The translations under genes and the position numbers were made by a program. 64,000 nt of DNA. Source: Candidatus Aegiribacteria sp. (GTDB lineage: Bacteria; Fermentibacterota; Fermentibacteria; Fermentibacterales; JCC-6). Under the pieces are notes generated by a model that was not told where the DNA came from, ran no database searches, and saw only the letters and a program-made list of their open reading frames with translations. The stretch covers positions 3,626-67,625 of the forward strand of contig JAGLOY010000001.1 in NCBI GenBank assembly GCA_023138735.1. Reading direction: 5' to 3'. Positions 37,201 to 46,004 of this stretch are shown here, in pieces (position 1 is the stretch's first letter; each line of letters begins with the position of its first letter).

Positions 37201-37493
37201 CCAGCAACCTGGAAGAGTGTCTTGATATTGCCCCAGGTCGTTGGACGCAGCGATGTAGTTGAGTCCATAATGAGCCAGGGAGCCAGTTTCAGGAATAGAT
37301 TGATCACTCTCAACGCTGATAGATACGGATACTATAAGGATGACCATCGATTACAGCTGCGGCATAGTAGTGGGCTGCTCTTCTAAGGAAGGTATGGGAT
37401 ATTGAGGTTTTGAAGTGTACGAAGTGCGGAGGACAGATGACGGTCATCCGGTTGTCTTCACCGAAGAGTATATTCCCTGATAATTGTCAATGA
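37201..37493 (+). mobile_element. Relic of an IS91-family (Y2/HUH rolling-circle) transposase gene: two out-of-frame fragments
   Basis: Frame 1 (37201-37386): ..VVGRSDVVESIMSQGASFRNRLITLNADRYGYYKDDHR.. resembles the ..YL.RY..R.AISN.RL....V.F.YKD.. block. Frame 2 (37371-37493): WAALLRKVWDIEVLKCTKCGGQMTVI matches the C-terminal W..LL.RVF.iDvL.CP.CGG.M.ii motif. Confidence 0.6.
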
Positions 37494-37536
37494 AATCAAG
37501 CGTTATGAACGCGGTAAATAGAAAGGTTGCAGAATA

Positions 37537-39063
37537 ATGGAGCGATCCGGGATGGTGCCTCCGCACCTGTTCGTATTTTTCACAGGAGCCGCCGTGATGG
37601 CCACCGAAATGTGCGCCTCCAGGTTTATTGCTCCCTGGTTCGGTACCTCCATGATAGTGTGGTCGGTTCTTATCTCGGTGGTTCTGGCTGCCATGTCCCT
37701 GGGCTACTGGTTGGGTGGCAGACTTGCCGACCGCAGACCCTCCTGGAAGATACTCTTCTCGCTGCCCGTGATAACAGGACTGTTCATCGCTCTTGTTCCC
37801 TTTGCCGGGGAATTCATTTTCTCCAGCCTTACAGCGGGGATCAGGGGAACGCCGGTGAACATCATTGTTCTGTCATTCACGGGGATAATCGCGGTGTTCG
37901 TTCCTCCCGTATTTCTTCTGGCCATGGTCAGCCCATTCGTAATACGTCTTCTGGCCAGGGCTGAGAATACAGGCAGAACCGCCGGGTCCCTCTACGCCAT
38001 GTCCACCCTGGGAAGCATTGCTGGAACCCTTGTTCCCACTCTGCTCACCATACCCTGGCTCGGTACACGGGAAACACTGTTCCTCAGCTCGGGAATGCTT
38101 ATTCTCCTGGGAGGTCTGGGACTGAAGGGCAAAGGCAGGCTTGTGCTTCTGCTGCTGATTGTGCCGGCGGCGGGGTGGACATTCTTCACCGGCGGGATAA
38201 AACAGGGGAACTCCATTGTTCACCAGGAGGAAAGCGCTTACCAGTACCTTCAGGTTCAGATAAGAGACAACGGTTCCACCGTTCTTATTGTTAACGAGGG
38301 GGGCGGTATACAGTCAATCGCCAGGACGGAGAACAGGCTGGACCCGGCTTCTACCTACTACGAGAGCTATCTTCTTCTGCCCTATATGCTGAACGACTCC
38401 GATTCAATTGATGTTCTTGTGATAGGGGCGGGAGCCGGTACCATTCCCCACTGGCTGGCGGTCTATGATCGTCCTTTCTTCCCGGGGCTTTGTACCGATG
38501 CAGTGGAGATAGACTCACGGGCCACAGAGCTGGGTTACGAATGGTTCGGCACCGAGAGGGACGATGCCAGGGTTTTCACCGCCGATGGAAGAGTATTCAT
38601 CGAGAACACATCAAACCTGTATGACCTTATTATCACCGATACCTACAGCAATCAGATCTATATTCCCTTCCATCTCACCACGCTGGAGTACTTCACCGCG
38701 ATCAGAACTCATCTGAACAGTGGGGGCATAGTGGCGATGAATGTGAATGCTGTCAGTGAAAGCTCCGACCTTGTGCAGTCCATCGGGCGCACCGTCGCCC
38801 GGGTCTTCCCCTACGTCTACATTGCCAATGTGGGCAACGACCTGAACTACATGATTGTCGCATCCGATCGGCCTCTTTATGCGCCTCCGGCGGATTCCAT
38901 GATATGCTGGAACCCACCTCTGGATTACACCGCACGGTTGTTCGAACCCCTTTTCATGCCCTTCAGGCCCGAGGATGGATTTGTGCTCACCGATAACAGG
39001 GCTCCCGTTGAGTTCATGACCGACATGATGATAGTCCGGGAGGCCACCGGTGGAAGCAGATAG
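37537..39063 (+). CDS. Fused membrane domain / spermidine-synthase-like (polyamine aminopropyltransferase fold) protein
   Basis: About 7 N-terminal TM segments (FFTGAAVMATEMCASRFIAPWFGTS.., GYWLGGRLADR), then a class-I MTase-like module VLVIGAGAGTIPHWL..DLIITDTYS..GGIVAMNV. Confidence 0.75.
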   Translation: MERSGMVPPHLFVFFTGAAVMATEMCASRFIAPWFGTSMIVWSVLISVVLAAMSLGYWLGGRLADRRPSWKILFSLPVITGLFIALVPFAGEFIFSSLTAGIRGTPVNIIVLSFTGIIAVFVPPVFLLAMVSPFVIRLLARAENTGRTAGSLYAMSTLGSIAGTLVPTLLTIPWLGTRETLFLSSGMLILLGGLGLKGKGRLVLLLLIVPAAGWTFFTGGIKQGNSIVHQEESAYQYLQVQIRDNGSTVLIVNEGGGIQSIARTENRLDPASTYYESYLLLPYMLNDSDSIDVLVIGAGAGTIPHWLAVYDRPFFPGLCTDAVEIDSRATELGYEWFGTERDDARVFTADGRVFIENTSNLYDLIITDTYSNQIYIPFHLTTLEYFTAIRTHLNSGGIVAMNVNAVSESSDLVQSIGRTVARVFPYVYIANVGNDLNYMIVASDRPLYAPPADSMICWNPPLDYTARLFEPLFMPFRPEDGFVLTDNRAPVEFMTDMMIVREATGGSR

Positions 39064-39140
39064 ATGAACACTTTCATCCCTCCTTTGCGAGGAACTTCGA
39101 TGTTGCAGGTCCCCTCAGGTCTGTTTCATTATCCTGAATG

Positions 39141-39260
39141 CTGACAGAACGCTGCTGAAGGAAAAAGGAGAACTCCGGATAGAAGGAAAAGACTACACTG
39201 TTGAAGATGGTGATCTGATAGAGATCCGATTCAACGTCTGATCAAATCAGCAGGGAACCT
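39141..39260 (+). repeat. Direct repeat copy 2: orphan 3' fragment of a YchF-like gene ([32 protein letters not shown]-stop) plus 19 nt
   Basis: The frame is intact to TGA 39239-39241, with no upstream gene body. The repeat ends at the stop codon (39259-39261) of the convergent yihY-like gene. Confidence 0.9.
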
Positions 39261-40182
39261 ACCGGATACTTTTCATCGTTCTCGCCACTTTACGCCATTC
39301 ATGCACGATCTGACTGATCTCAGCGGCACCCAGAAGTATCACGCACTCCCAGTATAGCAGGAAGAATGTAGCCATTACCCTTGCCAGCGCCCCGTAAACC
39401 ACTCCCCACCCCGGATGCCCGATCACCCACATGTAAATTTGTGTACCAAGGCCGGTGAACACTGCTGCTATTACAGTAGCAAGAAAAGCCTGCCCGATAC
39501 TGACCCTGCGGTTGGGAGCAGCCTTGAAAAGGGTGAAGAACAGCAGCAAAGTGAAGGTAATACCCAGTATCTTAGCCAGACCGCCTCCGGTAAGTTGCCC
39601 GATCAAAGGCCATTGGGAGACAATGTCACCCACCGGGCTGTCCACGACCAGACGGGCCATGGTTGAAAAGATCAGTGAGGAGACAAAGCAGAGCGCAACG
39701 AGCAGAGCCAGAACGAAATCGTACAGCTTCCCCAGAACGATATTGCGACCCCTGGCTACTTCGAATACTTTGTCAAATGCAGTCCGAATGGTTCCGAATA
39801 GCCGGCTGACAAGCCATAAAAGAAAAGCGAAACCTACTACCCCGGGTATTCCGGCATTGCCTCTGAAAATGGCGCTTTCTATATCGCTCCTCATGGACTC
39901 GGGAATAAGAGGATTAGCAGTATCGAGCCAGTTTGTAAGGCCCTGCTGAAGGCCTTCGTCCTCCTGGAATGCAAGACCGCTGAACATAAGTATCATCAGA
40001 CCAAGAGGAAGGATGGTTATAAGCACATTAAAGGAAATGGCTGCAGCCGAGAAGAAAACACTGTCATCGTTCCAACGGTTGTAAAGCCTTCTTCCGAAGA
40101 ATCTGATGAAGATCCATGATCTGTGAAAGTACCTTCTTACCGATGCAGCCCAGATGGGAGAAAGTTCACGCCATGATCCCAA
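39259..40182 (-). CDS. YihY/BrkB-family inner-membrane protein
   Basis: FFSAAAISFNVLITILPLGLMIL and 6 TM segments. Family-typical 307 aa. Confidence 0.8.
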   Translation of the reverse strand: MGSWRELSPIWAASVRRYFHRSWIFIRFFGRRLYNRWNDDSVFFSAAAISFNVLITILPLGLMILMFSGLAFQEDEGLQQGLTNWLDTANPLIPESMRSDIESAIFRGNAGIPGVVGFAFLLWLVSRLFGTIRTAFDKVFEVARGRNIVLGKLYDFVLALLVALCFVSSLIFSTMARLVVDSPVGDIVSQWPLIGQLTGGGLAKILGITFTLLLFFTLFKAAPNRRVSIGQAFLATVIAAVFTGLGTQIYMWVIGHPGWGVVYGALARVMATFFLLYWECVILLGAAEISQIVHEWRKVARTMKSIR

Positions 40183-40196
40183 TTTGGCAGTCAGAT

Positions 40197-42032
40197 TTAC
40201 TCTACCGTTACACTTTTAGCGAGATTTCTGGGTTTATCAACATCACATCCCCTGGCAACGGCGATATGATAGGATAAGAGCTGAAGCGGAATAACACTGA
40301 GCAGAGGAACAAGCATGTCCGGCGCTTCGGGAACCCTTATAATCCAGTCTGAAACCGATTCGATATCGGTATCTCCTTCGGTAGCTATGGCAAGGACCCT
40401 TCCGTGTCTTGCCCTTACTACCTGTATATTGGAGATTATCTTATCATAAGCTGCGCCCTTAACGGCAATCACAGCAATGGGCATCAACTCATCTATCAGA
40501 GCAATGGGTCCGTGCTTCATTTCAGCAGCCGGGTAACCTTCCGCATGAATGTAGGATATTTCCTTGAGCTTAAGGGCACCTTCGAGTGCTACAGGGTAGT
40601 TCACCCCCCTGCCAAGGTAGAGGAAATTTCTCGCGTATGTAAATTCCTTTGCTATCTCAGCTATACTGCTGGAATTCTCCAGAATCTTCCTGACCTTGTC
40701 AGGTATAGCCATGATCTCCCGGACAAGTTCAAGCCCCTGTTTTCGGTTGAGAATATGCCTGGCTCTTCCAAGGGCAAAGGCTATCAGGATAAGGGCCATC
40801 ACCTGAGAAGTGAACGCCTTTGTTGAGGCGACTCCAATCTCGGGACCCGCGTGAATATATACTCCGGCATCTGTTTCACGGGCTATGGTCGAACCAACTA
40901 CATTCACAATACCGAGGGTGCGGCATTTCCTCTCTTTAGCCAGTTTCAGGGCAGCCAGCGTATCCGCTGTCTCACCACTCTGACTTATCACTATCATTAC
41001 AGTATCAGGAGATAGAACAGGATCACGGTATCGGAACTCGGAAGCGTACTCCACCTGTACGGGAATTCTTGCATAGGCCTCGATAAGGTACTTGCCTATG
41101 GAAGCCGCATGCCAGGACGTTCCACAGGCAGTAATTACTATTCTGCTGATGGATCTCATATCCTCCTCGGACATCTGCAGGCCTCCCAGATGCGCTGTGC
41201 CCTGAACCAGATCCAGCCTGCCCCGAAAAGCGTTTGTGAGAGATTCAGGCTGACTGTATATCTCTTTCAGCATGAAATGGGGGTAGCCGTCCTTTTCGAT
41301 ATCAGTGATATCCCAGTCTACATATTCGATCCGTTCTCGTATCAGCGATGGATGACCGTTATCCGATTGAATCCCTTCGAGGTTCACTTCAATAACTTCA
41401 CCCTCTTCAAGGTAGATCACATCCCTGGTGTGAGATACAATGGCAGCAACGTCACTGGCTACGAAATACTCCTTATCACCTATACCGGCTACAAGGGGGC
41501 TGCCGTAGCGGGCTGCTACAAGTGTGTTCGGCTCATCCGCGGAGAGGACAGCGATTCCGTATGCTCCATGTACCTTAACAAGCGCGTCTTTAACGGCAGT
41601 GAAGAGCTTCTTCCCTTTTGCGACTTCCTGGCTTATCAGCATCGGCAGCACTTCAGAATCTGTTTCCGATTCGAACTTAATCCCGGACCTGATGAGATCC
41701 TTCCTCAGTGTCATGAAATTCTCAATAATACCGTTATGTACAACGGCTATCCTTCCCGCCTGATCGTAATGGGGATGCGCGTTTGTATATGAAGGTTCAC
41801 CATGTGTAGCCCATCGCGTATGAGCTATTCCCACATTTGATGAAGAAGCAGTTCCGGGATCGATATTTTCGAGGTCACTGACGCGCCCTTCACATTTCTT
41901 TATAAGGAGGTTGCCTTTGTTCTGAAGTGCGTATCCTGCTGAATCGTAACCTCTGTATTCAAGACGTTTCAGCCCGGCAAGAAGTACTTCCCTGGCAGGT
42001 TTGTATCCAACGTATCCGACTATTCCACACAT
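40197..42032 (-). CDS. glmS: Glutamine--fructose-6-phosphate aminotransferase
   Basis: MCGIVGYVG..RLEYRGYDSAG (Ntn Cys2), two SIS domains, and C-terminal DKPRNLAKSVTVE. Confidence 0.97.
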   Translation of the reverse strand: MCGIVGYVGYKPAREVLLAGLKRLEYRGYDSAGYALQNKGNLLIKKCEGRVSDLENIDPGTASSSNVGIAHTRWATHGEPSYTNAHPHYDQAGRIAVVHNGIIENFMTLRKDLIRSGIKFESETDSEVLPMLISQEVAKGKKLFTAVKDALVKVHGAYGIAVLSADEPNTLVAARYGSPLVAGIGDKEYFVASDVAAIVSHTRDVIYLEEGEVIEVNLEGIQSDNGHPSLIRERIEYVDWDITDIEKDGYPHFMLKEIYSQPESLTNAFRGRLDLVQGTAHLGGLQMSEEDMRSISRIVITACGTSWHAASIGKYLIEAYARIPVQVEYASEFRYRDPVLSPDTVMIVISQSGETADTLAALKLAKERKCRTLGIVNVVGSTIARETDAGVYIHAGPEIGVASTKAFTSQVMALILIAFALGRARHILNRKQGLELVREIMAIPDKVRKILENSSSIAEIAKEFTYARNFLYLGRGVNYPVALEGALKLKEISYIHAEGYPAAEMKHGPIALIDELMPIAVIAVKGAAYDKIISNIQVVRARHGRVLAIATEGDTDIESVSDWIIRVPEAPDMLVPLLSVIPLQLLSYHIAVARGCDVDKPRNLAKSVTVE

Positions 42033-43366
42033 AAACTCTCCATTGCTTCGCGGAAGATACGATAATCCTCTTCAATGTAACTATTATCCCTGTTCTCCGC
42101 AATGAACCTTACTACTGGCTCAGTACCCGAAGGTCTGATGTGCATCCAGCCGCCATCCCTGCCATACCATAGCCCATCTCTTGTGTCATCTGCGGGACCG
42201 TACTGCGCAATCAATTCTGTACGCAGGGAATCAAATCCGGCTCCCAGCGGCAGCTTCTTTTTGAACATGGTGTACGATGGATAACTGTCCGCCCAGCATC
42301 CAATGCTGGAATCGGGATTTTCTCTGAGAAATGAGATCGCGCAAGCCATTGCGACACCGCTATCCCTTCCGGCGTGGAAAGCCCTGTCGATCACGCCGCC
42401 GTTCCCCTCTCCGCCTGTGATGGCTCCGTACTTCTCCATTTCCTCCACTACATTCACTTCGCCCACCGGGCTGCGGTATAGCCTGCAGCCATGTTTCGCA
42501 GCGGCATCCTCTGCAAGTCTGGAGGTTGAAAGATTTACAACAGCCGGTCCGGGTCTTACTGAAAGTATAAAATCGATAGCCAGAGCGACCGTGTAATCCT
42601 CACCGATTATTCTTCCGTTCTCATCTACCATGGCAAGCCTGTCTCCATCCGGGTCAAAGGCAAAACCTATATCGGCGTTCTCATCGATAACAGCCTCCGA
42701 AAGGTCAGCCAGACTTTCAACGGTAGGTTCCGCCATACGCGGAAAGTCACCTTCAGGCGTCATTTCAGAATTGATAATCGCGAATTCAACTCCAAGTTTT
42801 TCCATCAGCATCGGGGCAAACGCGGCAGCGGCTCCGCCGGTTACGTCAAGCACTGCCTTCAGAGGTCTGCCTTCAGGAACAAGCCATGGTATTGAAAGTA
42901 TGCCTTCGATATGTCTTTCCACCGAACCGCTCGATTTTCCAGGTATCCCCACTGTTCTATAGTCCGCATACTCTATGTCTCTGCCAAGCAACGTAATCAA
43001 ACGCTTCCTGTCTCTGGACCTGAGGAAAATTCCATCAGCCCCGATTAGTTTCAGTGCGTTCCAGGAGCCCGGATTGTGGCTTGAAGTGATAGCTATTCCG
43101 CCGCGAATCCCCTCTCCCATGGCTTCAAGCTGTACCGTAGGAGTGGGCACGATACCCAGAAGAACAGGGTCACAACCAACGGACATCAGCCCGGCGGTTA
43201 CAGCGGCCTCAACTGCAGGGCCGCTCCTTCTTGTGTCTCTGCCGACGATGACAGGCCCGTTTCCGACAAGAACTCCAAACGCAGAGGCGAATTCAACCAC
43301 ATCAGCAATCGTCAGTGAAGCGCCGAATATGCCCCTGATTCCAGATCCGCTGATAATTGGTTTCAT
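42020..43366 (-). CDS. glmM: Phosphoglucosamine mutase / phosphohexomutase (alpha-D-phosphohexomutase superfamily)
   Basis: Phosphoserine loop GIAITSSHNPGSWNALK, metal loop FAFDPDGDRL, and GGEGNGG. It overlaps glmS by 13 nt, which supports a GlmM role. Confidence 0.8.
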   Translation of the reverse strand: MKPIISGSGIRGIFGASLTIADVVEFASAFGVLVGNGPVIVGRDTRRSGPAVEAAVTAGLMSVGCDPVLLGIVPTPTVQLEAMGEGIRGGIAITSSHNPGSWNALKLIGADGIFLRSRDRKRLITLLGRDIEYADYRTVGIPGKSSGSVERHIEGILSIPWLVPEGRPLKAVLDVTGGAAAAFAPMLMEKLGVEFAIINSEMTPEGDFPRMAEPTVESLADLSEAVIDENADIGFAFDPDGDRLAMVDENGRIIGEDYTVALAIDFILSVRPGPAVVNLSTSRLAEDAAAKHGCRLYRSPVGEVNVVEEMEKYGAITGGEGNGGVIDRAFHAGRDSGVAMACAISFLRENPDSSIGCWADSYPSYTMFKKKLPLGAGFDSLRTELIAQYGPADDTRDGLWYGRDGGWMHIRPSGTEPVVRFIAENRDNSYIEEDYRIFREAMESLCVE

Positions 43367-43388
43367 AATTCTTCCTTGAAAAGAGATC

Positions 43389-43464
43389 TGGAGCCGGCGA
43401 ACGGAATCGAACCGTTGACCTGCGCATTACGAATGCGCTGCTCTGCCAGCTGAGCTACGCCGGC
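43389..43464 (-). tRNA. tRNA-Thr (anticodon CGU), CCA encoded
   Basis: Hand-folded cloverleaf: GCCGGCG-TA-GCTC-AGCTGGCA-GAGC-A-GCGCA-TTCGTAA-TGCGC-AGGTC-AACGG-TTCGATT-CCGTT-CGCCGGC-T-CCA. Confidence 0.9.
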
Positions 43465-43511
43465 TCCGGAGCAATGGATATTATTGAATAATTCACAGTT
43501 CGTCAATAATG

Positions 43512-44138
43512 TCAGAAGATGGACCCGGAGCCCCCGAACAGGCTCACAGGAAATGTTACACAGAACTGAGAACTTCCCAGATCAGCTTCCGCAGCGGGAT
43601 AAATCGATGATTCCTGACCATCTATTATGGCGTTGTCCGTCTTGAAACCAGCAAAAGACCTCCTGTACTCAAGCCTGCCTGAAAGGGGGCCGGCAAGGAC
43701 TACCTCAGCCCCGACGGAAAAGGTAAAACCTGCTGAATTTCCTTCCGCTTCGACGAATTCACCGAAATCATCCGTTCCACTGTACTTCCCGGTTATGAAC
43801 ACTCCTCCCGCTCCGGCGAAAAGCGAGAACCTGTTGAACACTTCGTACTTCACCAGCGGCATGATTGAAATAAGGAAAGCGCTCAATTCACCATCCCATC
43901 CGATCGGAGAAGAATTTTTCCAGAAATATTCACCTGATAACCTGAAGTCCAGGATTCCCGGCGCGTCGATATCTACGGCAAGGCCGACAGATGTTCCCGG
44001 TGTGAGGAATCTGTTTTCGTAAACGGAATCCATCGGAGCCAGATTGGATATCATCGGACCCACACTGACAGAGATGCCGTCGAAAGCGGAAGCCTGCAGA
44101 AAGCAGAGCATAAGTGTGATAGTGATAACGATCTTCAT
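43512..44138 (-). CDS. Outer-membrane beta-barrel protein (porin family)
   Basis: Signal peptide MKIVITITLMLCFLQASA followed by a beta-strand periodicity pattern. ATGA overlap with leuD. Confidence 0.6.
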   Translation of the reverse strand: MKIVITITLMLCFLQASAFDGISVSVGPMISNLAPMDSVYENRFLTPGTSVGLAVDIDAPGILDFRLSGEYFWKNSSPIGWDGELSAFLISIMPLVKYEVFNRFSLFAGAGGVFITGKYSGTDDFGEFVEAEGNSAGFTFSVGAEVVLAGPLSGRLEYRRSFAGFKTDNAIIDGQESSIYPAAEADLGSSQFCVTFPVSLFGGSGSIF

Positions 44139-44629
44139 GCTTCATCTCCCTGGACATACTGCTTCTTTATATGGTTAAGCAGCCCTCCATCCTTGAGAAT
44201 TTCCAGCATCTCATCCGGCAGCGAAGGAAAAGTGAACACTCTGTCTCCGACACGTACTTCCCCGGCGGCGGGATCAACCGTAACAATATCACCTTTGGTA
44301 TAGTACTCCACAGCTTCCGGGCTCTGGACCAGAAGAAGCCCCTGGTTCACCGCGCTTCTGTAGAATATCCTCGCAAATGATGAAGCAATTACAGCCTTCA
44401 GACCAATGTGTTTAAGACCAAGGGAAGGATGTTCCCTGCTTGATCCGCATCCGAAGTTCTCCCCCGCTATTATTATATCTCCAGGTTGAACCGCTCCTGC
44501 AAAGGATGCATCAAGATCCTCCAGCAGATGTTCCTTTATCTCAGGACCTGTGGAGCAGGTATAAGTGTACTTTCCCGGAAAAAGCAGATCAGTGTTAATG
44601 TCATTCTGAGGGTAGTGGAATACGTTCAT
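44135..44629 (-). CDS. leuD: 3-isopropylmalate/homoaconitate dehydratase small subunit (short, archaeal-type LeuD)
   Basis: GENFGCGSSREHPSLGLKHIGLKAVIASSFARIFYRSAVNQGL. 164 aa. Confidence 0.85.
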   Translation of the reverse strand: MNVFHYPQNDINTDLLFPGKYTYTCSTGPEIKEHLLEDLDASFAGAVQPGDIIIAGENFGCGSSREHPSLGLKHIGLKAVIASSFARIFYRSAVNQGLLLVQSPEAVEYYTKGDIVTVDPAAGEVRVGDRVFTFPSLPDEMLEILKDGGLLNHIKKQYVQGDEA

Positions 44630-45885
44630 TTGAGTACCTCCCGGGGATCACGAACCTTACCAGTCAAGGCCGATACGGCTGCCGTCTCAGGGCTGGACAG
44701 GTATATCTCAGCTTCTTTTTCACCCATTCTTCCCTTGAAATTCCTGTTTGCTGTTGAAAGGCATTTCTCACCAGGTGCAAGCGCGCCCTGGTGCGCTCCG
44801 AGGCAGGGACCGCAGCCCGGAGGCAGCACGACAGCACCCGCACTGACCAGATCCTGCAGGACACCCATCTTCATTGCCTTGAGGTACTCCGTTCTGGAGG
44901 CAGGTGCAACCAGCATCCTAACAGAGGAGTGAATTCTCTCTCCCCTCAGGATATCGGCAGCAGCCTTGAGATCTTCGACTCTGCCGTTCGTGCAGGTTCC
45001 AAGGAAGATCTGGTCAATCTTCATGCCGGCCATCTTTTCAACCGGAACAACATTGTCCACCTGATGGGGACATGCGATAACCGGAACTATGTTCTCAAGG
45101 TCGTACTCCAGTGTTCTGGCATATTCGGCGTCAAAATCACTCCAGACGGCGTCGGTGACTGGAATATCCAGAGCTTCAAAGTACTTACTTGTCACGATAT
45201 TTGTGGGGAACGCAGCGATTTTCGCTCCCATCTCGATTCCCATATTAGCGATTGTCATTCTGTCGCACATTCTCAGTCCCCCGACGGCAGGTCCGTTGAA
45301 CTCGACAGCCATATAGTTCGCTCCGCCTGCGCCCACATCTCCTACGATAGTCAGGATCAGATCCTTGGCTGAAACTCCGCCGGTAAAAGCTCCGGTAAGT
45401 TCTATATTGATAGTTTCAGGTACTTTAAACCATGTTCGACCGGTAATCCAGATACCTGCTGCTTCCGTTCTGTCGATACCGGTTGCAAAACAGTTGAATG
45501 CGCCATAAGTGCACGTATGGCTGTCACTGCCAACTACAATTGATCCAGGCTTCACCAGCCCCACCTCTGGCATGACCTGGTGGCAGACACCGGTTCCGAT
45601 ATCGTAGAAGTTCACGATTTCCTGCTCTTTGACAAACTCCCTTACCTTCTTGTGACCGGCGGCATGCTTGCTGGAAGCGGCTGGAATGACGTGATCAAGT
45701 ACAATGGCTATCCTCCCCGGATACTTCACCCTGGCTCCCGGAACGGTGGATTCGAATTTTCCTATAATCGCCGAACTGTTATCATGAGTTAGAATGTAGT
45801 CCGGCTCGACAAATACAATTTCACCTTCTCTGACTTTCTTCCCGGCAGCCCGGCTGAGGATCTTAATCGCAAAAGTATCTCCCAT
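44626..45885 (-). CDS. leuC: 3-isopropylmalate/homoaconitate dehydratase large subunit (aconitase family, type 2 LeuC)
   Basis: DHVIPA.., VGSDSHTCTYGA, and Fe-S ligands FLGTCTNGR and GCGPCLG. 419 aa. Confidence 0.88.
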   Translation of the reverse strand: MGDTFAIKILSRAAGKKVREGEIVFVEPDYILTHDNSSAIIGKFESTVPGARVKYPGRIAIVLDHVIPAASSKHAAGHKKVREFVKEQEIVNFYDIGTGVCHQVMPEVGLVKPGSIVVGSDSHTCTYGAFNCFATGIDRTEAAGIWITGRTWFKVPETINIELTGAFTGGVSAKDLILTIVGDVGAGGANYMAVEFNGPAVGGLRMCDRMTIANMGIEMGAKIAAFPTNIVTSKYFEALDIPVTDAVWSDFDAEYARTLEYDLENIVPVIACPHQVDNVVPVEKMAGMKIDQIFLGTCTNGRVEDLKAAADILRGERIHSSVRMLVAPASRTEYLKAMKMGVLQDLVSAGAVVLPPGCGPCLGAHQGALAPGEKCLSTANRNFKGRMGEKEAEIYLSSPETAAVSALTGKVRDPREVLK

Positions 45886-46004
45886 ATGCGGAACCTTTCT
45901 TCAAGATTATCCTGCTCCTCTGATCGATTCAGTATAGTACGAATTATACAATCTGTTCCGGGAGTAGTAACCCCGAACAGAGTAATAATTGAAGAAGGGT
46001 CTTT

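Noticed and set aside
42020-42100. A glmS ribozyme upstream of glmS.
   Set aside because: The glmS start is overlapped by the coding end of the glmM-like gene, so there is no leader in which a ribozyme could reside.
45953-45980. Imperfect hairpin CTGTTCCGGG-agtagtaa-CCCCGAACAG in the divergent leuC / FAD-oxidase intergenic region; a possible attenuator.
   Set aside because: It is a single 10-bp stem with a mismatch. There is no leader peptide, T-box specifier or antiterminator alternative that I could trace.
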